Source: Pirellulales bacterium | Lineage (GTDB): Bacteria; Planctomycetota; Planctomycetia; Pirellulales; UBA1268 | Direction: 5' to 3' | NCBI GenBank assembly: GCA_044360305.1 | Contig: JBIKKQ010000002.1 | Coordinates: forward strand, 1 to 63,296 | DNA: 63,296 bases | In this document: positions 28,686-38,200 of the stretch, one piece after another | How the letters are laid out: the number at the start of each line of letters is the position of its first letter | Position numbering within the stretch: the first letter of the stretch is position 1 | Notes under the pieces: model-generated | The model's input: the letters and a program-made list of their open reading frames with translations, nothing else | The model's database searches: none | What the model was told of the DNA's origin: nothing | Translations under genes and position numbers: made by a program

Positions 28686-28934
28686 ATTGTTGGCCCGTAT
28701 TCCCGTTTTTGGGCGATACCCGGCGGCCGCCCTGAGGTTTTCCGCATCCGCTGGGTCGGCCAGTGCGAAACCATCTCCGCTGGGGCATACTTCGGGTGCC
28801 GGAGCCCCACCGGTCCCGCCCGCTGACCCCCAGTTGGCACGGTACGCCGGAGAAACCCGGCTGCCGCCCGAAGTCCGAACCACCGGCTTTCAGCCCAGTT
28901 CACCCCCCCAGGACCCAGACCCACGAGGAACCTC

Positions 28935-29969
28935 ATGGCCACCGTTTCCACTCCCGAACCAGCCGCCAAGCTCAATGACGACGACGTCGCCGCCATCAAC
29001 CGGCTCGGCTCCGTCTATCAGCGGCTCAAGAAGGAACTGGGCCGCGTGATCATCGGGCAGGAGGAGACGGTCGAGCGGCTGACGATCTGCCTGTTCGCCC
29101 GCGGTCACGCGCTCCTGATGGGCGTGCCGGGTCTGGCCAAGACGCTGCTGGTCAGCAAGCTCGCCGAGACGGTGTCGCTGAAGTTCAACCGCATCCAGTT
29201 CACCCCCGACCTGATGCCGATGGACATCACCGGCACCGACATCCTCCAGGAGACCGCCGACGGTCGCCGGGAGTTTCACTTCGTCCCCGGCCCGGTGTTC
29301 GCCAACATCGTGCTCGCCGACGAGATCAACCGTGCCCCGCCGAAGACGCAGGCGGCGATGCTGGAGGCGATGCAGGAGCACAAGGTGACGGTCGTCGGCA
29401 AGACGTCGCGGCTCGATCCGCCGTTCTTCGTGCTCGCCACGCAAAACCCGGTGGAGCAGGAAGGCACTTACCCGCTGCCGGAGGCGCAGCTCGACCGGTT
29501 CATGTTCCTCATCGAGCTCGACTATCCGACCGAGGAGGAGGAGGTGATGATCGCCCGGAGCACCACGGGCAACACGGTCCCCTCGCTGGAGCACGTCCTC
29601 ACGGCGGCTGAGATCATCGACTATCAGCAGATCGTCCGCCGCGTGCCGGTGCCGGATCATATCTACCAGTTCGCGGCCAAGCTCGTCCGCAAGACGCGGC
29701 CGCGCGGCGAGACGGCGCCCGCCTGGCTCAAGCCGCTGGTCTCATGGGGTGCCGGTCCGCGGGCCGTGCAGAACCTGATCCTCGGCGCCAAGTCGCGGGC
29801 GGCGCTCTCCGGCAGCTACATGGTCCGGCTCGAGGACATCGAGGCGGTGGCGGCACCGGTGCTTACGCACCGACTGATCACCACGTTCGCGGCCCAGGCC
29901 GAGGGGATCGACGCCAAGCAGATCGTCGGCCGGCTGGTGAAGGAAACGGTCGCGGAGCAGGTGGGCTGA
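28935..29969 (+). CDS. MoxR-family AAA+ ATPase
   Basis: GAGGA lies 6 nt upstream. Walker A GVPGLAKT, Walker B LADEINRAPPKTQ, FFVLATQNP, LPEAQLDRF and SWGAGPRA are MoxR (AAA_3) signatures. Confidence 0.95.
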   Translation: MATVSTPEPAAKLNDDDVAAINRLGSVYQRLKKELGRVIIGQEETVERLTICLFARGHALLMGVPGLAKTLLVSKLAETVSLKFNRIQFTPDLMPMDITGTDILQETADGRREFHFVPGPVFANIVLADEINRAPPKTQAAMLEAMQEHKVTVVGKTSRLDPPFFVLATQNPVEQEGTYPLPEAQLDRFMFLIELDYPTEEEEVMIARSTTGNTVPSLEHVLTAAEIIDYQQIVRRVPVPDHIYQFAAKLVRKTRPRGETAPAWLKPLVSWGAGPRAVQNLILGAKSRAALSGSYMVRLEDIEAVAAPVLTHRLITTFAAQAEGIDAKQIVGRLVKETVAEQVG

Positions 29970-29991
29970 ACCGCCGAAAGGGACCGAGGGC

Positions 29992-30906
29992 ATGATCGGC
30001 GAACGCCAGACCCGCAGTTTTCTCGACCCCCAGGTTCTCTCGCGATTGGCGAGCGTGCCCCTGCTGGCCCGTCAGCCGATGGTCGGCGGCGTGTCGGGGC
30101 GGCACGTGAGCCCGCACCGCGGGTCGAGCGTGGAGTTCGCCGAGTACCGCAAGTACGTCCCCGGCGACGACCTGCGCCGGCTCGACTGGCGGGCCTTCGG
30201 CCGATCCGACCGGTTTTACGTCAAGGAGTACGAGGCCGACACCAACCTGCGGTGCTGCTTCGTGCTCGACACCTCGGGGTCGATGAACTTCGGCGCCGAG
30301 GGGCGCATGACGAAGATCGACTACGCCCGGCGGATCTGCGGCTCGCTCGCCTACCTCGCCTCCCAGCAGGGAGACGCGGTCGGCATCTCCTGCGTGGCCG
30401 ACGGCATCGTGCGCACGCTGCCGCCGCGACGCAGCCCGACCCACCTCCGGCTCATGTTTGACATCCTCGACGAGGCGAAGCCGGCCGGGGCGTCGCGGCT
30501 CCCCGAGGTGCTCCACGAGCTCGCCGAAACGATCCGGCAGCGGGCCCTGGTGGTGATCGTCTCCGACCTGTTCATGGATCCGGCGGTGCTGGCGTCGAGC
30601 TTCAGCCACCTCCGGTTCCGCCGCCACGACGTGTCGGTCTTCCATCTGCTCGATCCGCAGGAGATCGGCTTCAAGTTCCAGCGGCCGACGCGGTTCCTCG
30701 ACATGGAGGGGGGCGGCTCGATCTTCACCGATCCGGTGGACATCGCCGACCGCTACCACCAGGCGGTGACCCGGTATCTGGAGGGCATGAAGAAGGTGGT
30801 GCTCGAGTCGGGTGTCGATTACCACCGCGTGCTGACCGACGAAAACTACGAGCAGCTGCTGGCGCGATTCCTCGTCGCCCGGGCCGCCGGAAAGGGGCTG
30901 CGATGA
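29992..30906 (+). CDS. DUF58 protein (vWA-like, MoxR partner)
   Basis: GSSVEFAEYRKYVPGDDLRRLDWRAFGRSDRFYVKEYE is the DUF58 hallmark, followed by the MIDAS-like motif LDTSGSM. Confidence 0.9.
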   Translation: MIGERQTRSFLDPQVLSRLASVPLLARQPMVGGVSGRHVSPHRGSSVEFAEYRKYVPGDDLRRLDWRAFGRSDRFYVKEYEADTNLRCCFVLDTSGSMNFGAEGRMTKIDYARRICGSLAYLASQQGDAVGISCVADGIVRTLPPRRSPTHLRLMFDILDEAKPAGASRLPEVLHELAETIRQRALVVIVSDLFMDPAVLASSFSHLRFRRHDVSVFHLLDPQEIGFKFQRPTRFLDMEGGGSIFTDPVDIADRYHQAVTRYLEGMKKVVLESGVDYHRVLTDENYEQLLARFLVARAAGKGLR

Positions 30907-32948
30907 CATTTCTTCAGCCCCTGATGCTCGCGGCCCTGCCGCTGGTGAGCCTGCCGCTCATCATCCACCTGATCAACCAGCGCCGGTTCCAGACCGTGCC
31001 CTGGGCGGCGATGATGTTCCTGATGGCGGCCAAGGCGCTGTCCCGCGGCTACTCCCGGCTGCGGAACTGGCTGATCATGGCGATGCGCATGGCGGCGATC
31101 GCGGCCCTGCTCTTCGCCGTCGGCCGGCCGCTGTCGCGGGGCTGGCTGGCGCTGGCCGGTGGCGCCCGGCCCGACCTCGCCGTCGTGATCCTCGACCGCT
31201 CGCCGTCGATGCAGCAGCGCAGCGTTGCGGCCGCCGACACCAAGCTCGAGACCGGCCGCCGGCAGCTGGTCGAATCGCTGCAGACGCTCGGTGCCTCGCG
31301 ATGCGTGCTGTTCACCGACCCGGCCACGAAGCCGGTCGAGCTCTCCAGTCCCGCGCAGCTCGCCGACCTGCCGGTGGCGGAGCCGACCGCGGCCGCCGCC
31401 GACATCCCGATGCTGATGCAGTCGGTCTACGACTACATGGTGGAAAACAAGGTCGGCACGACGGAGGTCTGGATCTGCTCCGACCAGCGGCAGAACGACT
31501 GGTCGCCGGAGAACGGCGTCTGGGGCGGCCTGCGCGATGCGTTTGCCAAGCTCCCGCAGCAGGTGCGGTTTCAGCTCGTCTCTTATACCGAGCCGGCGAC
31601 CGACAACGTCGCCGTCCGGGTGACGGAGGCGCGGGTCGAGAAACGCGGCGACGATCGCGAGCTCCTGGTGACGGTCGCGGCGTCGCGGCTGGTGTCGGGC
31701 GATAAGAAGACGCTGCCCCTGCGGTTCGAGATCGGCGGCGTCGCCTCGACGGTCGATCTGGAGCTCGTTGGTCGCGAGGCCGTGCTCAAGAATCATCCGA
31801 TCCCGCTGGAGCGGTCCGCGGGGAGCCGCGGCTGGGGCAAGGTGTCGATCGCCGCCGACTCCAACGCCGCCGACAACGAGTTCTACTTCGTCTTCGACGA
31901 GCCCGCGCTGCGGAAGACGATCGTCGTCGCCGAGGATCAGCAGTCGCGCCGGGTCCTGTCGCTGCTCGCCGGCATTCCGCCCGAGAAGGGCCTGCAGGCC
32001 AAGGCCGAGGTCGTCGGTCCGAACGAGCTGGTGACGGCCGACTGGGACGGGACCTCGGTCCTGCTCTGGCAGGCCGATCTCCCCGAGGGGAAGGATGCCG
32101 AGCTCGTCGAGGACTTCGTCAAGCGTGGCGGGCGGGCGATCTTTTTCCCGCCGGAGAATCCCTCCAAGCGTTCATTCGCTGGGCTCTCGTGGGGCGATTG
32201 GACGACGCATGCCGAGCCGGTCAGGCCCGCGCCGTGGCGGAACGATCAGGACCTGTTCGTCAACACGCTCTCCGGCGGCCCGCTGCAGGTGGGCGAGCTG
32301 AGAATCTGGCGTTCGTGCGCCGTCTCGGGCGACCACGTCACGCTGGCTCCGCTGGAGTTCACCGATGCCACCGGCGCGACGATCGCGAGCCCGCTGCTGG
32401 CCCGGGCTTCGGACGGCAGCAACGCCGTCTACTTCTGCGGCACCACGCCCAACGGCCGCGATTCGTCGCTGGCGCGGGATGGGGTCGTGCTGTACGCCAT
32501 GGTGCATCGGGCGATCGATCGCGGCCTCGCGGCCTTGGGCACATCGCGGCAGATGGACGCCGGGCCGGCGGCGGCCTTCCTCGCCGCCGATCAGGCGGGC
32601 TGGACCCGGCTGGCCGGACCGGCTGACGCGCTGTCGACCGAACTGGGGCGGCATGCGGGCGTGTTCGCCAATGGCGACCGCCAGGTCGCCGTGAACCGGC
32701 CCGTCGCCGAGGACACGGCCGAGATCGCCAATGACGGCAGGATCGACGAGGTGTTCGGTGATCTGCCGTTTGCCAGGCTGGTCGGCAAGGCGGGCAATTC
32801 CGACAGCCTCGTGCAGGAAATATGGCGGGCGTTCCTGATCTCGATGATGATCGCGCTGATCGCCGAGGGGCTGCTCTGCCTGCCCCGCTCGGCGGCCGCC
32901 GAGCGGGCTCCCTTCGAAGGCATGCGTCCCCTGGAGGCCGCCGTATGA
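30903..32948 (+). CDS. BatA-domain (N-terminal double-TM) vWA-like membrane protein
   Basis: Start overlaps the DUF58 stop (ATGA). FLQPLMLAALPLVSLPLIIHLINQRR is the BatA/TIGR02226-type N-terminus. ILDRSPSM is a DxSxS motif. C-terminal TM. Confidence 0.8.
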   Translation: MTFLQPLMLAALPLVSLPLIIHLINQRRFQTVPWAAMMFLMAAKALSRGYSRLRNWLIMAMRMAAIAALLFAVGRPLSRGWLALAGGARPDLAVVILDRSPSMQQRSVAAADTKLETGRRQLVESLQTLGASRCVLFTDPATKPVELSSPAQLADLPVAEPTAAAADIPMLMQSVYDYMVENKVGTTEVWICSDQRQNDWSPENGVWGGLRDAFAKLPQQVRFQLVSYTEPATDNVAVRVTEARVEKRGDDRELLVTVAASRLVSGDKKTLPLRFEIGGVASTVDLELVGREAVLKNHPIPLERSAGSRGWGKVSIAADSNAADNEFYFVFDEPALRKTIVVAEDQQSRRVLSLLAGIPPEKGLQAKAEVVGPNELVTADWDGTSVLLWQADLPEGKDAELVEDFVKRGGRAIFFPPENPSKRSFAGLSWGDWTTHAEPVRPAPWRNDQDLFVNTLSGGPLQVGELRIWRSCAVSGDHVTLAPLEFTDATGATIASPLLARASDGSNAVYFCGTTPNGRDSSLARDGVVLYAMVHRAIDRGLAALGTSRQMDAGPAAAFLAADQAGWTRLAGPADALSTELGRHAGVFANGDRQVAVNRPVAEDTAEIANDGRIDEVFGDLPFARLVGKAGNSDSLVQEIWRAFLISMMIALIAEGLLCLPRSAAAERAPFEGMRPLEAAV

Positions 32949-35215
32949 ACCTCCCGGCTATGGTCGTCGCCGACGGTGCGGGCCTCGGGCCGCTGCTTGG
33001 CGCCACGTTGACGCAGTTTCAGGGATTCCGCTTCTTCACGACCTCGTGGACGCTGACCGTGTCGGTGGCGCTGGTGGCGCTCACCGCCTGCATCTGCCTG
33101 GTCGCCTGGCGGCGCAGCGGCTACGCCCCCCTCCAGGGGCTGCTCGAACTGCTGCGGTTCGCGATCGTGTCCCTGGTCGCCGTGCTCCTCAACCAGCCGG
33201 AATGGGTGCAGGAATACCGGCCGTCGGAGAAGCCGACGATCGCCGTGCTCCACGACGGCTCGCCGAGCATGGACACCAAGGACGTCGTCCTCAGCGGCAC
33301 CGGTCCGGGGGCCGGCGTCCCGCAGACCCGGCGCGAGGCGGCGGCGCCGCTGATCGCCGACGAGTTTTGGAAGCCGCTCCGGGATCGGTTCAACGTCGAG
33401 GTAGCCGAGTTTTCCCCCTCCACGGCCGCGGGAAGCGACTACGCGGAACCGCTGGGGGCGGCGGTCGAACGGTTCGAGCAACTGCAGGCGATCGTGCTCG
33501 TCGGTGACGGCGACTGGAACAAGGGGACCGCGCCGAGCGACGCGGCCCAGCGGCTTCGGCTGGCAAGCGTACCCGTGCTGACGGTGGCGGTCGGCAGTCC
33601 GACGAAACTGCCCGACGTGGAGCTCAAGAGCCTCGACATCCCCAGCGTCGGCGTGGCCGGCAAGGCGGTGCGGGTTCCGTTCACGATCGAGTCCTCGCTG
33701 CCCGCCGAGCGGACGGTGACCGTCGAACTCAAGCCGAGCAAGGGGCCGGTGCAGCAGAAGCAGGTCCGGCTGCCGCCCCTGTCCACCACGAACGACTCGA
33801 TTTTCTGGACGCCCGACGGCGTCGGCGAATTCACGGTGACGGTCTCGGTGCCGGCGCAGGAGGGGGAATTGCTTCCCGACAACAACCGGCTGTCGGCGCC
33901 GATCACGATCCGCAAGGAGCAGCTCCAGGTGCTCGTGGTGGAAAGCCTCCCGCGCTGGGAATACCGCTACCTGCGAAACGCCCTGTCGCGCGATCCCGGC
34001 GTCAACGTCTCCTGCCTGCTGTTTCAGCCCGGCCTCAGCCGGCGCGGCGGTGGCAACAAGGACTACATCCAGAAGTTTCCCGCCAAGCTGGAGGAACTGT
34101 CCAAGTACGACGTCGTGTTTCTCGGCGACGTCGGCGTCAACTCCAACCAGCTGTCCGAATCGGACTGCCGGCTGCTCAAGGGGCTCGTCGAGTATCAAGC
34201 CAGCGGGCTCGTCTTCATTCCCGGCTGGCTCGGCGAACAGGCCTCGTTGGTGGGCACGCCGCTGGAGGATCTCTGTCCCGTGGTCATCGACCCGGTCCGG
34301 CGCGAGGGCTTCTCGACCGAGGCGCCGCGGAAGCTGGTGCTCACGGAAGCCGGCCGCAAGAGCCTGCTGACGAAGCTCGCCGACAGCGGCAACGAAAACC
34401 TGGCCGTCTGGGACAGCCTGCCCGGCGTCCAGTGGTACGGTCCCGTGGTCCGCGCCAAGGCGGGCACGGAGGTGCTGGCGGTGCACGAGGACGCGACCAA
34501 CGAGTACGGCCGCATCCCCCTGTTGATCACCCGTCCCTACGGTGCCGGAAAGGTGCTGTACATGGCCACCGATGGCGCCTGGCGCTGGCGGAAGGGAGTC
34601 GAGGACAAGTACCACTATCGGTTCTGGAGCCAGGTGGTCCGCTGGATGGCCTATCGGCGCAACATGGCCAAGGGAGAGCGGATGGGGCTGTCGTTCGCTC
34701 CGGAGCAGCCGCAACTCGGCCAGTCGGTGGCGCTCGACGCCCGGGTCTCCCAGGCCAACGGCGAGCCGCTCAGCCGGGGCGAGGTGGCGGCCCGGATCAC
34801 GTCGCCGTCAGGCGTGGTGGAGACGGTTCGCTTCGCGCCCCCGGCGGGCGACACGGGCTGGGGTGTGTTCGCCTCCGCCTACACGCCCCGCGAGCCCGGC
34901 AAGCACGAGGTGTTGCTGCAGTGCAAGGAGACGGGCGACCGGCTCGAGGCCTCGTTCTTCGTGCAGGGGACGACGGCCGAGGGGATCGGCCGGGCCGCGC
35001 GGCCCAACGTCCTCGCCGAAATCGCCCAGGTCACCAAGGGAAAGGTCGTTCCCCCTGAGGAGGTGGCCTCGATCATCGAATCCCTCGCCAAACTTCCCGA
35101 GCCGCCGCCGCGGGTGCGTCGGCTGCAGTTGTGGTGCCACCCCGTGGTCGCCATCTCGTTGGTGGGATTGCTGGGATTGTTCTGGGTGCTGCGCAAGCAG
35201 CAGGGCCTGATCTGA
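32945..35215 (+). CDS. membrane protein with vWA-like DxSxS motif and GATase1/ThuA-like domain
   Basis: ATGA overlap with the upstream gene. N-terminal TMs, LHDGSPSM, later VLVVESLPRWEYRYLRNAL...YDVVFLGDVG (class-I amidotransferase-like fold as I remember it from planctomycetal Bat-like clusters), C-terminal TM. Confidence 0.7.
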   Translation: MNLPAMVVADGAGLGPLLGATLTQFQGFRFFTTSWTLTVSVALVALTACICLVAWRRSGYAPLQGLLELLRFAIVSLVAVLLNQPEWVQEYRPSEKPTIAVLHDGSPSMDTKDVVLSGTGPGAGVPQTRREAAAPLIADEFWKPLRDRFNVEVAEFSPSTAAGSDYAEPLGAAVERFEQLQAIVLVGDGDWNKGTAPSDAAQRLRLASVPVLTVAVGSPTKLPDVELKSLDIPSVGVAGKAVRVPFTIESSLPAERTVTVELKPSKGPVQQKQVRLPPLSTTNDSIFWTPDGVGEFTVTVSVPAQEGELLPDNNRLSAPITIRKEQLQVLVVESLPRWEYRYLRNALSRDPGVNVSCLLFQPGLSRRGGGNKDYIQKFPAKLEELSKYDVVFLGDVGVNSNQLSESDCRLLKGLVEYQASGLVFIPGWLGEQASLVGTPLEDLCPVVIDPVRREGFSTEAPRKLVLTEAGRKSLLTKLADSGNENLAVWDSLPGVQWYGPVVRAKAGTEVLAVHEDATNEYGRIPLLITRPYGAGKVLYMATDGAWRWRKGVEDKYHYRFWSQVVRWMAYRRNMAKGERMGLSFAPEQPQLGQSVALDARVSQANGEPLSRGEVAARITSPSGVVETVRFAPPAGDTGWGVFASAYTPREPGKHEVLLQCKETGDRLEASFFVQGTTAEGIGRAARPNVLAEIAQVTKGKVVPPEEVASIIESLAKLPEPPPRVRRLQLWCHPVVAISLVGLLGLFWVLRKQQGLI

Positions 35216-35258
35216 ACGCCAAGTTACGTCTCATCGTGGGCAGCAAGGAGTAATCGTC

Positions 35259-38200
35259 ATGAGCACCGTTGAACCGTCGATCGGCCAGGGTGGACGCGGC
35301 ATCATCCTCCCGGCGGACCTCGAAGGGCGGCTGTATGCGTTTCGCGGCCTTGTCTGGCGGATCAAGGTCGCCGAGGCGGTGTGCGGGGCGCTGTTCGGCC
35401 TGATGCTCGCCTACCTGCTCCAGTTCGGCCTCGACCGGGTGATGGAGACGCCGCAGTGGGTGCGGCTCGCCCTGTTCGCCGGTTCGATCATCGGCTGCGC
35501 GGTGGTGCCGCTGGCGGTGCATCGCTGGATCTGGAACCACCGGCGGCTCGACCAGGTGGCCCGGCTGATCGCCCGCCGGTTCCCCAGCATGGGCGACCAG
35601 CTGCTCGGCATCATCGAGATCGTGCGCGAGTTCGCCGCCGGACCCAACGGGGGCGAGCAGGGTCGGTCGCGGGCGCTGTGCGAGGCGGCGATCGGCCAGG
35701 TGGCGACCCAGTCGGTGCGGTATGACTTCAGCCAGGCGGTGCCCCACGCCCGACACCGGCTGTGGGCGATGATCGCCGCCGTTCCGGTGGTGGTGGCCCT
35801 GGCCGCGGCGGTGCTGGCGCCGGCGGCTGCCGCCAACGCATGGGCGCGATTGCTGGCGCCGTGGAAGGCCGTGGAGCGGTTCACGTTCACGCGGGTCGAG
35901 AAGCTGCCGCAGGAGCTGGTGGTGCCGATCGGCGAGCCGGCGCCGCTGACCGTGGGCCTCGCCGCCGATACGCAGTGGAAGCCCGACGGAGCGATCGCCC
36001 GGGTCGGCCGGCAGCGGCCGCTCACCGCCCAGCGCGGCGAGGAGGGGTATGCCTTCACGCTGCCGCCGCAGCTTGACGGTTCGACGCTCTCGCTGGCCGT
36101 GGGGGATGCCCGCGGCCGGACGAAGATCGTGCCGATGCTCCGGCCGGAGATCGAGACGGTGGTGGCCGAGGTGAAGCTGCCGGAGTACCTGAAGCGTGGC
36201 GACACGCTGCGGCAGGACGTCCGCGGCGGCTCGCTGTCGCCGGTCAAGGGGAGCACGGTGACGCTGGCGGCGACGGCGACCCGGGATCTGGCGACGGCGA
36301 CGGTGGACGGCGTGGAGGTGACGCCCGAGGGGGCGACGATCCGCACCGGGCAGATCGCGACCAAGGGCGAATCCCGGGTGTCGCTCGAGTGGCAGGACAG
36401 GCATGGCCTGCAGGGGGCGAAGCCGCTGGTGCTCAACGTGTCGCCGCGGAACGACGACGCCCCGACGGTGACGACGCTGGACGTTCCCGCCAACCGGGAA
36501 TTCCTGCTCACCAGCGACACGCTGCGGTTCAAGATCGCCGTCCGCGACGATTTCGGCATCCGGCGCGTGGGCATCGAGTGGGAGGGGCAGGCGGACGAGG
36601 GGACGGCTCCCGACAAGGGGGACCGGCTGCTGCAGAACGGCGGTCCGTTGGTGGACGCGATCAACGACGTGGCGGCCACGTTCTGCCCTGACGCGCTCGG
36701 CGTGCGGCCGCAGCCGCTCGTGCTCCGCGCGTTCGCGGAGGACTATCTGCCGGGCCGGGGCCGCGTCTATTCGCCGCCGATGCTCGTCTACGTGGTGGAC
36801 AAGGCCGAGCATGCGTTGCTGATGAACGAGCGGCTGAACCGGCTGCGTCGGGACATCACCGAGGTCAAGGACAAGGAGCAGAAGCTGTTTCTGGACAACG
36901 TCGACCTGCGGCTCAAGCCCGCGGACAGCCTGCTGACGCCCGAGGGACGGCAGGAACTCGAGGCGCACGCCCGGGCCGAGGACGAGCAGGCCGAGCGGCT
37001 GCAGGCCGCCGTCGAGAAGGGTGCGGATCTGGTCCGCGAGGCTGGAAAGAACTCGGAGTTCGATCCCGCCACCCTGCAGAAGCTGGCGGACGACCTGAAG
37101 ACGCTGAGTGACCTGAGCGAGAACAAGATGCCGAGCGTGAAGGACCTGCTGATGCAGGCCGCCAAGGCGAAGCAGCCCACTGCAGCCGGCAAGCCGAGTG
37201 CCGATCAACTCGCCGGCAAACCCAGCGAGGGCAAGCCTGGCGAGGGCAAGCCTGGCGAGGGTCAGCCTGGCGAAGGTGAACCGGGTGAGGGTCAGCCCGG
37301 CGAAGGCAAGCCCGGCGAAGGCAAGCCGGGTCAGGGCAAACCTGGCCAGGGCAAGCCCGGTCAAGGCAAGCCGGGTGACAACCAACAGGCAAATGAAGGC
37401 GGACAAGAAGAAGGCAAGGATCCCGCCGATGAGAGCGGCAAGACTCCGGGCGAGGATGGCAAGGATCAGGTCGATGCCGTCGCCAAGAAGGGCGGCGGCA
37501 AGCCCGGTGAACAGGGTGAGCCCAGCCCCCAGGGTCCCAAGGTCGGCAATGACAGGAACGAGCAGGGTGGTGGCGAGGGTGGCAAGCCGGGCAAGCCGGC
37601 GGACACCGTCGCACCGAGCGTCGTGGACAACGAGTCCAGCCAGCAGCCGAAGGATCCCAACCAGAAGGGGAGCGACGGCGGCGGCGGCAAGGCTCCGCCC
37701 CCGCGGCTTGGCCTGCCGAAGACCGCGGCCGGCGTGGCGCCGCCCAAGGACGGTGACGGTGGTGGCGGCGGTGGCGGCGGTGGCGAGGAGGAGGAAGAGC
37801 CGCCGGCTGACGAGGCGCTCGCCGACGCGATCGAGGCCCAGAGGAAACTGCTCGAGGAATTCGCCAAGGTCGCCGACGACCTGGCGAAGGTGATGGCCAA
37901 CCTCGAGGGAAGCACGTTCGTCAAGCGGCTCAAGCTGCTGTCGCGGCGCGAGCTGGCGATCGCCGGCGGCCTCGCCGCGATCAAGCCGGCCGGTTTCGGC
38001 AAGGGGGGCAGCCACCCCGCGGACGTCGCGAAGCACGTGCGCGAGGTCGCCGAGGCCCATGGCCGCGAGACGATGACGCTGTCGAACATCATGGACGACA
38101 TGCAGGCCTACTTCGATCGTCGGCAGTTGCCGGCGTTTCGCTCGGTGCTCGAGGAGATGAAGGGCCTCGACGCGCTCGGCGGCCTGCGGGCGCTCACCGA

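Noticed and set aside
28834-28848. Sigma-54 promoter-like TGGCACG in the MoxR leader.
   Set aside because: The -12 GC dinucleotide is not at the required distance (TGGCACG-GTAC-GCCG puts CG where GC is needed), so it does not fit TGGCACG-N4-TTGC.
28562-28999. 145-aa minus-strand ORF across the MoxR leader. It contains MPVPL and ACPF strings reminiscent of the CPFC proteins and of the minus-strand reading of dispersed repeat B.
   Set aside because: These peptide strings are simply the reverse-complement reading of the GGACAGGCA motifs. The ORF lacks a Shine-Dalgarno sequence and has no coding-like codon bias. I interpret it as a DNA/RNA-level motif, not a gene.
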